From IMG/VR virus record IMGVR_UViG_3300020147_000003: a DNA stretch of 64,000 bases. One strand, 5' to 3'. The notes below the pieces were generated by a model. The model did not search any database. It was not told the origin of the DNA and saw nothing but the letters and a program-made list of their open reading frames with translations. Made by a program: the position numbers and the translations under genes. The first letter of the stretch is position 1, and each line of letters begins with the position of its first letter. Of this stretch, positions 37,287-46,599 are shown one piece after another. This stretch comes from an uncultured virus (IMG/VR IMGVR_UViG_3300020147_000003) (lineage: Duplodnaviria > Heunggongvirae > Uroviricota > Caudoviricetes).

Positions 37287-37583
37287 ATGAAAAATGTTTT
37301 TTCTCAAAAATCCCTTCCTTACGACCACATTGAAAATGTTACTGTAAAGAATATAGAATGCCTTGGGAGGGGTAAGCAATCCAAAGATGTTAATTATGTT
37401 GAGGCCGAAGAAGGTAATTTCTTAGAGCTTACCTACGAAGTTTATAGAGTTGCAGACAAAAACGAAGCTATTAATTTCATTGAGCAACTAAAAAAACACG
37501 ACCCTTTTGTTTTTGTTTCAAAAGGAACCCCCGTGAAGTATTCCAAAGACGGAAAAAATTTTAGGGAAATAGTAATTGATTAA
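37287..37583 (+). CDS. Hypothetical protein
   Basis: ATG ORF. Confidence 0.6.
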   Translation: MKNVFSQKSLPYDHIENVTVKNIECLGRGKQSKDVNYVEAEEGNFLELTYEVYRVADKNEAINFIEQLKKHDPFVFVSKGTPVKYSKDGKNFREIVID

Positions 37584-37636
37584 CCCTCGCCTTTCAACCG
37601 AACCGACCGGAATTGTTTAACTACAAAATTTGCAAC

Positions 37637-37990
37637 ATGAAATTCAAAATCACTTACGCAGACGGCACCACAAAAGAAGCGAACGCCGAACTCCACCAAG
37701 GAGTACTTTGCCTCCCAACCAACATCCCCGACGGATACGAATTCTACAAACGCCGCACAAACCCCGACCCTTTCGACGACGATGAGCCGGAATACGAAAC
37801 CAAGCGCCGTACCAAGTACAGGAAAGATTACAAGCCATTTTTGAACCGCAGTCTCTTAATTAAGAACGGCAAACTGCAAGCTGCTGAAAAAGTCGCAAAG
37901 AAAAACGAGTTTAATGATTACAGAGGTTGGGAGGAATATTTCCTTCGCCCCGGCGAAAATCCTGGTGGCTTGAAAATCGAAGCCATCTAA
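37637..37990 (+). CDS. Hypothetical protein
   Basis: Start at MKFKI, directly after CTACAAAATTTGCA. Confidence 0.65.
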   Translation: MKFKITYADGTTKEANAELHQGVLCLPTNIPDGYEFYKRRTNPDPFDDDEPEYETKRRTKYRKDYKPFLNRSLLIKNGKLQAAEKVAKKNEFNDYRGWEEYFLRPGENPGGLKIEAI

Positions 37991-38039
37991 ATTTCTTCAA
38001 CCCAAAAACCTTTTTCCTTCACCTACAAAATTTGCAATC

Positions 38040-38657
38040 ATGTTAGACTTCACTATTCTCACCGACGAACAACTCCTCCAACTTTTGGAAGGTTGCATGC
38101 GTGAAACCCTCAACCGTGGAACGGAAATGACCGCCGCCGCCAGGGAAATCATGCTCAGCGAAAAAGAAAAAGCCGAAATTGCTGCCCAGGCCACGCAACG
38201 GGCCAAAGAGCGCTTAATGCGTGAAGAAGCCGAGCGTATAGCTCGGGAAGCCGAGCAGCGGGAATGGGAAAAAGCAAGGGCCGCAGAAGAGGCGGCACAG
38301 CAGGAAAAAGTCAAAAATGCATGGCTGAAAGAAAAAGCCTTGGGCGAAGAGCTTTCAGCCTTACTCGGCATCGACGACCTATATGTTACCGTGTGGGATA
38401 ATAAAGACAAGAGGGTATATCTACAGAGAGACCGTTTTTTCGGAGATGAAATCGGCTGTCTCTACGTGACAGGCAACAGCAAGAACCCCCCGGGTGATTT
38501 CCCCACCAAGAGCCTGAAAAAATATCTTCCCGAAGGAAAAGACTTCGAGGAATTCCAGAGCGAAGTGAAGGCCGTTCTTATGAAATACTCTCATGGTTGG
38601 AGGCACGGGAAATTCGAAATTCCAAAAGCATTGAAATATGAGCCGGCAACTGTCTAA
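38040..38657 (+). CDS. Coiled-coil hypothetical protein
   Basis: E/A/R-rich helix; overlaps the vWA gene. Confidence 0.75.
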   Translation: MLDFTILTDEQLLQLLEGCMRETLNRGTEMTAAAREIMLSEKEKAEIAAQATQRAKERLMREEAERIAREAEQREWEKARAAEEAAQQEKVKNAWLKEKALGEELSALLGIDDLYVTVWDNKDKRVYLQRDRFFGDEIGCLYVTGNSKNPPGDFPTKSLKKYLPEGKDFEEFQSEVKAVLMKYSHGWRHGKFEIPKALKYEPATV

Positions 38658-39246
38658 CCCCATCCAGCAACTTATCGAAGCCGCCTCTAAGCAGGCGGCT
38701 TCCAAAAAAACTACCGCCGTGCTCGCCCGCCACCAGGAGCGCAGCAAGGCGCAAGGAACTGACCGCTTCGTGTTGGCCGACGTCTCCTCCTCGATGTCGG
38801 AATCAGCTGGAGCGCAAACGAAAATCGCACTGCTTCGCCGGGCACTTTCCGACCCGGCAATTGACTGGAACGCTCACCGGCTGGTCGCATTTCATTCCTT
38901 CCCGGAAGAAATCGCCACGCCGTATGAGTTGCCGATGCCGCAAGGCTCCACCGCCCTGCACCGGGCGTTGGAAATGATAGAACAGGAAAAACCTGCTTAC
39001 ACGCTCGTCATAAGTGACGGGCAACCGGACGACAAGAAAGCGGCGCTCGCCGCCGCCGACAGGATGACCGGTAAAATTGACGTGCTGTACATCGGTCCCG
39101 ATGATGACTACGATGCAATTTCCTTCATGTACCAACTAGCTGGCCGCACCGGCGGACGAGTGATGGTGAGGGATATTGTAAAAGAACGGCAGCTTCCGCC
39201 CGGCACCGTGGCAGGATTACTGGACACAAAAAATGTCACGCCATGA
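38638..39246 (+). CDS. von Willebrand factor A (vWA) domain protein
   Basis: MIDAS DVSSSM, GST.L..AL, VISDGQPD, LA..TGG. Confidence 0.88.
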   Translation: MSRQLSNPIQQLIEAASKQAASKKTTAVLARHQERSKAQGTDRFVLADVSSSMSESAGAQTKIALLRRALSDPAIDWNAHRLVAFHSFPEEIATPYELPMPQGSTALHRALEMIEQEKPAYTLVISDGQPDDKKAALAAADRMTGKIDVLYIGPDDDYDAISFMYQLAGRTGGRVMVRDIVKERQLPPGTVAGLLDTKNVTP

Positions 39247-39632
39247 AATCTGTCACCATCAAGCTCGAACTGATTGGCGTGTACACCTCATCCACCGGCA
39301 CGATACGCCCCACTTTCGTCCGCACTGGAAGAAAGCGGCCTTATGTGGCGGAATTGAAAGGTTGTGACGAGCGCTACGGCCTGTTGCGGAAATTCCTGAA
39401 ACCCTTAGCAGATTACACGCAGGCAAACAGTAAGCGAAGCCGGGGAGTGTTTCACTACTACCACCTTTTCGAGGGAAGAACTTATGAAGTGAGCGAACAC
39501 ACCTCCTGGTACCACAGCACGAAATACTTCTGCTGGGTGAAGGATGGGAAACTGATTGAAATACCTATCAACGAAATATACCAATGGCTAGAAAAACATA
39601 CATCGGGAAGAGTGTACTGGTGGCGGCAGTAG
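39243..39632 (+). CDS. Conserved protein found upstream of IbrAB-like genes
   Basis: YVAE..G......R.FL....DY..ANS..SRGV...Y.L..G..YEV. Confidence 0.7.
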   Translation: MKSVTIKLELIGVYTSSTGTIRPTFVRTGRKRPYVAELKGCDERYGLLRKFLKPLADYTQANSKRSRGVFHYYHLFEGRTYEVSEHTSWYHSTKYFCWVKDGKLIEIPINEIYQWLEKHTSGRVYWWRQ

Positions 39633-40825
39633 AGCGAATTGGCTACACCTTCGATCACTTCGAGGAAGTATGTGTCTCGTTCTCTGGTGGGAAAGACAGT
39701 ACCGTGATGTTGCACCTGGTAATGGAGGAAGCTATCCGCCGGAACAGGAAAGTGTCGCTGTTGTTCATCGACCTTGAAGCACAGTACCGCTACACCATCG
39801 ACCACGTGCGGGCTTGCTATGACAAGTACCAGGAACACATCACACCCTATTGGATATGTCTGCCCATCAGCCTGCGCAACGCTGTCTCAGTTTTTGAGCC
39901 AAAATGGATATGCTGGGACAAGGACGTGGAGGAGAAATGGGTGCGAACCCCGCCGCCTATCGCCATCACCGACGAGAAATATTTCCCTTTTTTCTACAAG
40001 GGCATCGAGTTCGAAGACTTCGTGCCCAAGTTCGCCGAATGGCTATCCCAACATAGCCACACCGGTGACGGCCTTGGAAAACTTACCTGTCAGATGGTAG
40101 GTATCCGTTGCGACGAAAGCCTGAACCGCTACCGCACCATAGCGAAAGCCAACAAGAAGACATTTCAGGAAAAGCGCTGGACGACCTGGATGGGCGGCGC
40201 TTGCTATTCCGGATACCCCATCTACGACTGGAGCACGCAGGACATCTGGGTCTATCATGGGATTTACAAGGCCATGCCCTACAATAAGCTCTACGACCGC
40301 ATGTACCAGGCAGGGCTCTCCATCCATCAATCCCGCATCTGCCAGCCCTATGGCGACGACCAGCGCAAGGGACTCTGGCTCTACCACATCATCGAGCCGG
40401 AAACGTGGGGGAAAGTGGTGGCCCGGGTAAATGGAGCCAATTCCGGGGCACTCTACGCCCAGGAACGGGGCAACATCAACGGTACCATCAAAATCCAGAA
40501 GCCGCCCGGTCACACCTGGCAGAGCTTCTGCCGGCTCCTGCTCAACTCCATGCCGGAAACCACTGCCGAACACTACCGCAACAAGATTGCTGTGTTCATC
40601 CATTGGTGGCAGGACAAAGGATACCGGGACGGGATCCCCGATGAAGCCGACCCCAAAGAAGAGAACGCCCGCAACGTGCCATCCTGGCGCCGCATCGCCA
40701 AAACCCTGCTTCGCAATGATTACTGGTGCAAAGGCCTCTCCTTCGCACAGCACAATAGCGATGCTTACCAGAAATACAAAAAATTAATCAAGCTAAGACG
40801 GAAACAATGGAACATCAAGATATGA
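39584..40825 (+). CDS. ibrA: IbrA/YbdN-like PAPS-reductase-family protein (DUF3440 C-terminus)
   Basis: SFSGGKDS, FIDLEAQY, VGIR.DESLNR, PIYDW...DIW, RICQPYG, PSW.R....LL.NDYWC..LSF. Confidence 0.88.
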   Translation: MARKTYIGKSVLVAAVERIGYTFDHFEEVCVSFSGGKDSTVMLHLVMEEAIRRNRKVSLLFIDLEAQYRYTIDHVRACYDKYQEHITPYWICLPISLRNAVSVFEPKWICWDKDVEEKWVRTPPPIAITDEKYFPFFYKGIEFEDFVPKFAEWLSQHSHTGDGLGKLTCQMVGIRCDESLNRYRTIAKANKKTFQEKRWTTWMGGACYSGYPIYDWSTQDIWVYHGIYKAMPYNKLYDRMYQAGLSIHQSRICQPYGDDQRKGLWLYHIIEPETWGKVVARVNGANSGALYAQERGNINGTIKIQKPPGHTWQSFCRLLLNSMPETTAEHYRNKIAVFIHWWQDKGYRDGIPDEADPKEENARNVPSWRRIAKTLLRNDYWCKGLSFAQHNSDAYQKYKKLIKLRRKQWNIKI

Positions 40826-41322
40826 CATGGACACAGGAACACCCCGTCAGCCGGGTGCAATGGGTGCCCGCCGAACTGGTGCGGGCCAACGATTACAACC
40901 CAAACCAAGTGGCCAAGCCAGAAATGGATCTGCTCGAAATATCCATCCGCAACGATGGGTTCACGCAGCCAATCGTTGTATGGCAAGCAGAGGGCGTATA
41001 CGAGGTAGTGGATGGCTTTCACCGCCACCTCGTTGGGAAAAAAATGAAGTTGAGCCACCTGCCCGTTGTGGTAATCAACCTGGACCGAACCGGCAGGGGC
41101 GACCGCATCGCCTCTACTATCCGGCACAACCGGGCACGAGGGAAACACCATATTGAAAATATGAGCGAAATCGTCGTGGAATTGTCCCGGCGCAACTGGA
41201 GTGATGAAAAAATAGGTAGGGAGCTCGGTATGGACCCTGACGAAGTACTTAGGTTGAAACAGATAAGCGGCTTGGCGGAATTGTTTTCCGAAAAGGAGTT
41301 TTCGGAAGCCTGGGAGGTATAA
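40807..41322 (+). CDS. ibrB: IbrB/YbdM-like ParB-domain protein
   Basis: ANDYNPN.VA.PE, DGFTQPIV, VVDGFHR, ASTIRHNRARGKH, LGMD.DEVLRL.Q. Confidence 0.9.
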   Translation: MEHQDMTWTQEHPVSRVQWVPAELVRANDYNPNQVAKPEMDLLEISIRNDGFTQPIVVWQAEGVYEVVDGFHRHLVGKKMKLSHLPVVVINLDRTGRGDRIASTIRHNRARGKHHIENMSEIVVELSRRNWSDEKIGRELGMDPDEVLRLKQISGLAELFSEKEFSEAWEV

Positions 41323-41420
41323 TAAAATGCCGCCTGCGCATGCTACCCGCTCGATATTGCCTGCATCGCCGGGTAGCCGCCAGGCGGCTCTACAAAATTT
41401 GCAGGCGCAATATACGACTT

Positions 41421-41933
41421 ATGTTAATCGAAAACGGGAAACCCTACCCCGACCCCCGCTTCCGGAACAACGAAGGCGCTACAATCATCACCAACTCGGC
41501 GCTGTTCGACGTGCTCATTCTCATCCCCGGCATCACGGGGAAGGAAGAAAAAGCCTTCAAAACCGGCACTTTGAGATACGGCGTGTTCGTGCAGGACGAT
41601 ATTCCTTTCCTGCTGTTGGATTTTCCAGATGCCGGCCTCACCCTCGATGCCAGCTACAATTTCCACAAGGTTGATCCGCAGCACCAACTCGAATGGCTTG
41701 CCGCCGAAGGCAATGCCGTCCACATCGTCGCCGCCGAGCAGCGTACATACCATGTGAAAGCGCAACGCTTCGTCGGCCTCGACCTCGCCGTGCCCGCCGC
41801 TATCAAAGCTGCCGCCGCCAGACAGCTTGCCTCGCACCCGAATATGCAAAGCGTGGATATGGGCATCCAGAAAATCACCGCCCGCTTCACCACAGAAATG
41901 ATGATGAAGCAGGCTAAAATGTACCGGCTATGA
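41421..41933 (+). CDS. Hypothetical protein
   Basis: Probable start MLIEN; ATGA-coupled to the next gene. Confidence 0.65.
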   Translation: MLIENGKPYPDPRFRNNEGATIITNSALFDVLILIPGITGKEEKAFKTGTLRYGVFVQDDIPFLLLDFPDAGLTLDASYNFHKVDPQHQLEWLAAEGNAVHIVAAEQRTYHVKAQRFVGLDLAVPAAIKAAAARQLASHPNMQSVDMGIQKITARFTTEMMMKQAKMYRL

Positions 41934-42421
41934 CCTACACCGACGATCTAGCAGACGAAATAATAGAGAAGTTCCACCTCGACCAGAAAACAAAGCGGGT
42001 CTGGAAAACCCGTGGCGCCATTCCAGACAAGTACGCTAACCGGGAATATTCTCCACCAGTCAACAAGGTGGTGAGCACAGAGGTAATGCGCATGCGGGAA
42101 ATACTCGCATTGCCGGAAATCGCCAGCACTAAATTTGCATTCGATAAAAGAGGTCGGGACATTCTCACCGGTGAAGCCCGCATTACAGAAGATGAGGTAA
42201 TACAATTCAAATCTGAGGTATCGCAACTAAGAAATAAGCTGCGAGCCGGTATCGACCGAAATTCCTTTTTGCCGCTGTTGCAAGACACCAGGGTGCACCC
42301 TACCAAGGTCATCGCCCTGCGGCTTTACGACCGGATTTCACGGAAAATGGAACTTGGACGGCAGGAAAAAGAAGAAGCCCGCTTTGCCTTCCTCCGGCTC
42401 TATAATCTATTGCGATTATGA
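41930..42421 (+). CDS. Hypothetical protein with an HTH-like N-terminus
   Basis: T..VW..RG.IP pattern; coupled overlaps. Confidence 0.65.
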   Translation: MTYTDDLADEIIEKFHLDQKTKRVWKTRGAIPDKYANREYSPPVNKVVSTEVMRMREILALPEIASTKFAFDKRGRDILTGEARITEDEVIQFKSEVSQLRNKLRAGIDRNSFLPLLQDTRVHPTKVIALRLYDRISRKMELGRQEKEEARFAFLRLYNLLRL

Positions 42422-42669
42422 AGTTACTCACCACCGAAAAGGCCCGCACCCTCTGCGGGCATCCACTTGTAAATTTTTCAGAAGTGGCCCGGCAATTTTA
42501 CAACGGCCGGAAGCAAAAGCGCCCGGACCAAGCCCTGCGGGTTCGTCTTTACGGTCATCCTTCCCAGGGTGGCCCCCGGGCTGAAATTTCTGCCGAAACC
42601 CTGGAACGGTTAACGGCAATCTTTAGCCGCCTTTACAGTGAAATCGTAGACGGGGAAGGCTCCATTTAA
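42418..42669 (+). CDS. Small DNA-binding-like hypothetical protein
   Basis: VNFSEVARQF; coupled overlap. Confidence 0.6.
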   Translation: MKLLTTEKARTLCGHPLVNFSEVARQFYNGRKQKRPDQALRVRLYGHPSQGGPRAEISAETLERLTAIFSRLYSEIVDGEGSI

Positions 42670-44927
42670 TCGGTGTCCAGCCGGACCCGGATTTTTCGGA
42701 ACCCGTCAACCAGGGTTCTTTCTACGCTTTCAATCCTGCCGTTCCCTAATCCCGTTTTAATAAGTTCGTAGGGGTCGAAGTCCTCTATTTCCGGAATAAG
42801 AATTTCCTGGGTCTTAGCCCTTACAACGCTGGTCGCTGTAATGGTGTCCCCGTTCAGCTTTACCGACGTCGCCGGTAATCCGTGCCGGTGGTATTTGTCA
42901 TGCGCCCAGAAGAAGGAAGCCCAACCGTTTTGAAGCCGGTAGGTTTCATCAGCCCCAAGGGTAATGTCCACGAAAGGAACCACAAGGCCATTTTCCGTTT
43001 CCTCGCATTCCAAGAAAACAAACCCATCGTTGGCTATTGTAGAAGGGGCAACGTGCAGGTAGTCTATATCGGAGGTGAAGCGGGTTATTTGGTTATTTTC
43101 GATATTCCCTTTTTGCGCGAAGGTGGAAAGAACGTCGATGGGGTATCCCTCGAACGGCTTGGACACGTTGTCCATCCAGCCAAATTCCAAGCGCTCAGGG
43201 ATATCCTGCTTTTCGAAATGGGCCTGTTGGGTTAAATACCCCCAGGACCGGCTTGTTCTTGCATCCTGCAGAACGGTAAGGTCTGTTCCCACATTTGCGG
43301 CACCGTAGCTTTTCCCGTTGTGGAAAAAATGGTAGTGCTCAACTATAAACTTTTCATCGCCCACGTACCAAAAGGCTTTATGGAAAATCTTCAATAACTG
43401 AAGAGCCTCCCCAAGCCGGATAGGTGCTTTGGCGGCTGGTTGGTCGTATTCGCCGATAAGGATATTGCTTTTCGGCACTATGACCGGAACCTTGCGATCC
43501 CCCCGAATGGTATTCGAGCCGGCGGCATAAAGGAAGTCGCTGAAGTTTGGGTCGTCTTGGTGCGTTACCGTGCTGCCAATTGCTTCAAGTAGCGAGTTCA
43601 GCACGTCGGAGATTTTGTAGGCGTGCTCAACTGTAATGGTTTCCCCGGCTTCGTTTTGCAGGTCCCGCAGTTCATCGTTCAGGTAGAACCACGCTGAAGC
43701 CCCAGTCCAGGTTGCAGCCAAAAGCGGCATAAGTGTTTCGACGCTTGCCGGTTTGGTGAAATACTGCCCTGGGAAATGAAGCGCATCCTCGTGGAACTTT
43801 CCCCACCGGGTAGCGTCTGTGTTATGGCCATCTGAATATTCAAAAGTAAGGGTGTCGATTGGCAGGGCATGGGTGAAAATTCCTTTATTGAACGGGTCGT
43901 CTTCCGGAAGCTCCACAGTAGGGATTGCATTCACCTCTGTCTTTTCTGTAAGAAGGCGAACGTAGGGAAGAAAAAGGTACCCCTGTACCTGCGAGCTGGG
44001 ACTGGAAAGGCTCGTAAAGGTAGCGTTGGGCGAACTGTGAGGTGGTTGGCCAAACGGTGACCATGGGTTTGTATTGTAATCTGTGGCGTACATTATGGCG
44101 CTATCCGATACCCGCACAATCAATTGCCGGGTCTGTCCAGCCGGAGGAGAGGGGTCGTTTATTATTTCATAAACCCCATCGAGCCTTCTGAATTTGAAGT
44201 TGGCATATCCGTTGGCTTGGTAAAAGGTACATCTGTACACCCCTGCAACATCAGGCGAAAGACCATCCCCAGTTCCCGGAATCACTACCCTGGCATAGTT
44301 AAACTGCCCATCTTCCGGATCGTCGAATCCGGTCCCTAGGCCAAAGCCGTAATCGTTCAGCATAGCCAAGTGGTTATCGAATGTCGTTGTCTCGCCCGGG
44401 CCAGGAGTGATAAAAAAAGGTGTAACAGGCGTTTCCCACCATAGGCCGTCCGAATAGTTCATCAGGAAGTCAGCTCCGGGTAAGTAAATCTGGTAAATTG
44501 CCTGTCGGCGGTAAGTGACCGGAACGGTAGGCGGTTCCAGTTCTATCAAATTAAACTCCTTATTCAGTCCACCCAAAATGACATCGTACAGGTCAAAACT
44601 TTCCGGCTCTACCTCGACCGTTTTCCTATCGTAGTCGAATCGACAATCAGTTTTCCAGAACCGCATCGCAGGGTTTAGGCTTTGCCAAACCCCATTCACC
44701 TGCTTTTGGATTAAAACCCTGAATTCCGTATCGAAGGCGGCCTCGTGGATTGCGTCAAAATCAGTGTGCATGAAAAGCAACTTGCCGGATAGCTTGTCGC
44801 GGAAAAACATTTCCCCCCGTTCGGGTTCGGTCCGGATGGAGGTACCCCCGCCCCAAATTGGTTTGCAATCGACATAGGGGTTGCTTCCAACTTTTATACG
44901 GAAACGGTAATGGATAGGATTGGCCAT
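42666..44927 (-). CDS. Large virion protein (tail tip/baseplate hub candidate)
   Basis: 753 aa; F.R.KLSG.L.F, F.KTDC..D, EF.WMD....F.G.PI patterns of Bacteroides siphophage tail proteins. Confidence 0.65.
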   Translation of the reverse strand: MANPIHYRFRIKVGSNPYVDCKPIWGGGTSIRTEPERGEMFFRDKLSGKLLFMHTDFDAIHEAAFDTEFRVLIQKQVNGVWQSLNPAMRFWKTDCRFDYDRKTVEVEPESFDLYDVILGGLNKEFNLIELEPPTVPVTYRRQAIYQIYLPGADFLMNYSDGLWWETPVTPFFITPGPGETTTFDNHLAMLNDYGFGLGTGFDDPEDGQFNYARVVIPGTGDGLSPDVAGVYRCTFYQANGYANFKFRRLDGVYEIINDPSPPAGQTRQLIVRVSDSAIMYATDYNTNPWSPFGQPPHSSPNATFTSLSSPSSQVQGYLFLPYVRLLTEKTEVNAIPTVELPEDDPFNKGIFTHALPIDTLTFEYSDGHNTDATRWGKFHEDALHFPGQYFTKPASVETLMPLLAATWTGASAWFYLNDELRDLQNEAGETITVEHAYKISDVLNSLLEAIGSTVTHQDDPNFSDFLYAAGSNTIRGDRKVPVIVPKSNILIGEYDQPAAKAPIRLGEALQLLKIFHKAFWYVGDEKFIVEHYHFFHNGKSYGAANVGTDLTVLQDARTSRSWGYLTQQAHFEKQDIPERLEFGWMDNVSKPFEGYPIDVLSTFAQKGNIENNQITRFTSDIDYLHVAPSTIANDGFVFLECEETENGLVVPFVDITLGADETYRLQNGWASFFWAHDKYHRHGLPATSVKLNGDTITATSVVRAKTQEILIPEIEDFDPYELIKTGLGNGRIESVERTLVDGFRKIRVRLDTD

Positions 44928-45046
44928 GGCAGGTTTGCGGTTTTATTATTGCCGTTCACCTGCTCCTAAGTGGCGGCTGCTTGACTGTTTATGCAAATTT
45001 ACCCAGTTTTGTAACTTCTTCAAACATTGTTTAAACAGCAGGACAC

Positions 45047-45277
45047 ATGAAAAACACCGACACTTCTACAGCTTTTGCTTCCAAAGAAAAGGCATCCCAG
45101 GTTCCCGATACAGAGGTACAGCGGGAAATTCTAGCTCAACTCTACCTCCTGAATGAAAATCAAGCAAAAGCAAATAAGGAAATAAAAACGCATCTAACCT
45201 TTTACACCATACTTGGTTGGATTTACTTTCTCCTGATGCTTTGGGGAGGATGGTACTGGTATAATTTTAATAATTAA
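45047..45277 (+). CDS. Small membrane protein (moron)
   Basis: C-terminal TM helix. Confidence 0.6.
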   Translation: MKNTDTSTAFASKEKASQVPDTEVQREILAQLYLLNENQAKANKEIKTHLTFYTILGWIYFLLMLWGGWYWYNFNN

Positions 45278-45299
45278 GTTTTAATACAGCAGGACACAC

Positions 45300-45644
45300 A
45301 TGAAAAAATTATTCTTCCTTTTGGCGCTGGCCAGCGCCGCCTGTTTTTCTTGTAAAAAAGAATGTGAAAAAGATGAAACCGGGAATGTGAGGTTTGTAAA
45401 TCTCGGAAATGCCAACGCATCGATAAATCTGGGCTTTCCATTCAATACCGACAAGGTAAATCTTTCCCCCGGTGAAAGCACAACTGTTGGTGTCGACATT
45501 GTTTATGTTGACCCAAACACGGGAATAAAAACAGAACCCGGCTGGTTCACGAGCCTTTCCGTGGCTTGGGCTGGGGGGCAAATAACTACTGAAACAGTCA
45601 CTCCGGAGGTATGTGAAACCGTTGAAATTCAGATCAGCAACTAA
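45300..45644 (+). CDS. Lipoprotein (moron)
   Basis: MKKLFFLLALASAACFS-C lipobox followed by KKE; beta-rich body. Confidence 0.75.
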   Translation: MKKLFFLLALASAACFSCKKECEKDETGNVRFVNLGNANASINLGFPFNTDKVNLSPGESTTVGVDIVYVDPNTGIKTEPGWFTSLSVAWAGGQITTETVTPEVCETVEIQISN

Positions 45645-45658
45645 ACCCTTTTCGAAAT

Positions 45659-45880
45659 ATGAAAGTGTACTATAAGGTTTACGCCCTTAAAGGTGATGAG
45701 CTTTTTGAAGTAAACCCCTTTAACTATGATGGACAATCAACAGGGAGGGAATTCAACTCCCCAGAAGAGGCAAAGGAAGCCATTAAGAATTGCACCCAAG
45801 TTGTTTTTAAGGACGGCACCGGTATGGTAAGACCCAAAGACGGATTACAATTTACCATCTTTGAGTTTTTCTCCTTTTAG
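45659..45880 (+). CDS. Small hypothetical protein
   Basis: ATG ORF; F.S.EEA..AI. Confidence 0.6.
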   Translation: MKVYYKVYALKGDELFEVNPFNYDGQSTGREFNSPEEAKEAIKNCTQVVFKDGTGMVRPKDGLQFTIFEFFSF

Positions 45881-46212
45881 CCATTTTTCTTTTTCAGCAT
45901 TTCAATGGCGCCTAAAAATTCCCTGACCGATAGGTTTCTGGGCTGGAAAATGCCGTGCGTCTGGAGTGCAAGACAAGTTTCGTCGAAGCCCTTTTTCATT
46001 TTCACCTCGACGCCTTCCGGCCCATCAAAACGCTCGGGTTGGTGAAGGTTAAAAAGGTATTCATCAATTTTTTCAATTTCCTTTTGCTTATTACTCCCTG
46101 TGATAATTCCATCGAGGGTTAAAATCAATCGCTGCTTCAGGCGCTCGGCTGTTTCGGTTTGGGCGGATGATCTGGCGTACTGAGGATAGAACGCTTCAAT
46201 CTCAAAATCCAT
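45877..46212 (-). CDS. Tail assembly chaperone, -1 frame extension
   Basis: In the -1 frame of the upstream ORF at an A10 run. Confidence 0.6.
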   Translation of the reverse strand: MDFEIEAFYPQYARSSAQTETAERLKQRLILTLDGIITGSNKQKEIEKIDEYLFNLHQPERFDGPEGVEVKMKKGFDETCLALQTHGIFQPRNLSVREFLGAIEMLKKKNG

Positions 46213-46592
46213 TTTTTTTTTAAATCGGACACCTTAGAAGAAAGGAAAGATAGGGGAGTTTGACTTGTGGCAAGCATAGCGGCAACTTGCTCCGCGCTGA
46301 GGTGAGAAACATCACGGCCGTCGATTGTCCGGACCGTAGCTGCGTAGGCAACAGGAATAAGGCTTGCCCGGTTTTTTACAAGGGAAATGTTCTGGATAGA
46401 ATTAATAAGGCAGGTTGCAGCCTTTTCAGGTTCCTTGGCTTCGATATACTTGTAGGCGGTTATCAAAAGGCTTTCCAACCCGTCAATTCCCCCTCCAGCT
46501 CCGGCCTCAATCATTAAAGCAAGTTGAAAGTCATGGTATCTGTGGGCTGGAATATCTTCAATGCCGGTAAAATGTTCAGTGTGTCTTTTCAT
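46137..46592 (-). CDS. Tail assembly chaperone (G-like)
   Basis: Ends in a LKKK slippery region overlapping the next ORF. Confidence 0.6.
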   Translation of the reverse strand: MKRHTEHFTGIEDIPAHRYHDFQLALMIEAGAGGGIDGLESLLITAYKYIEAKEPEKAATCLINSIQNISLVKNRASLIPVAYAATVRTIDGRDVSHLSAEQVAAMLATSQTPLSFLSSKVSDLKKKWILRLKRSILSTPDHPPKPKQPSA

Positions 46593-46599
46593 CCCGTCT

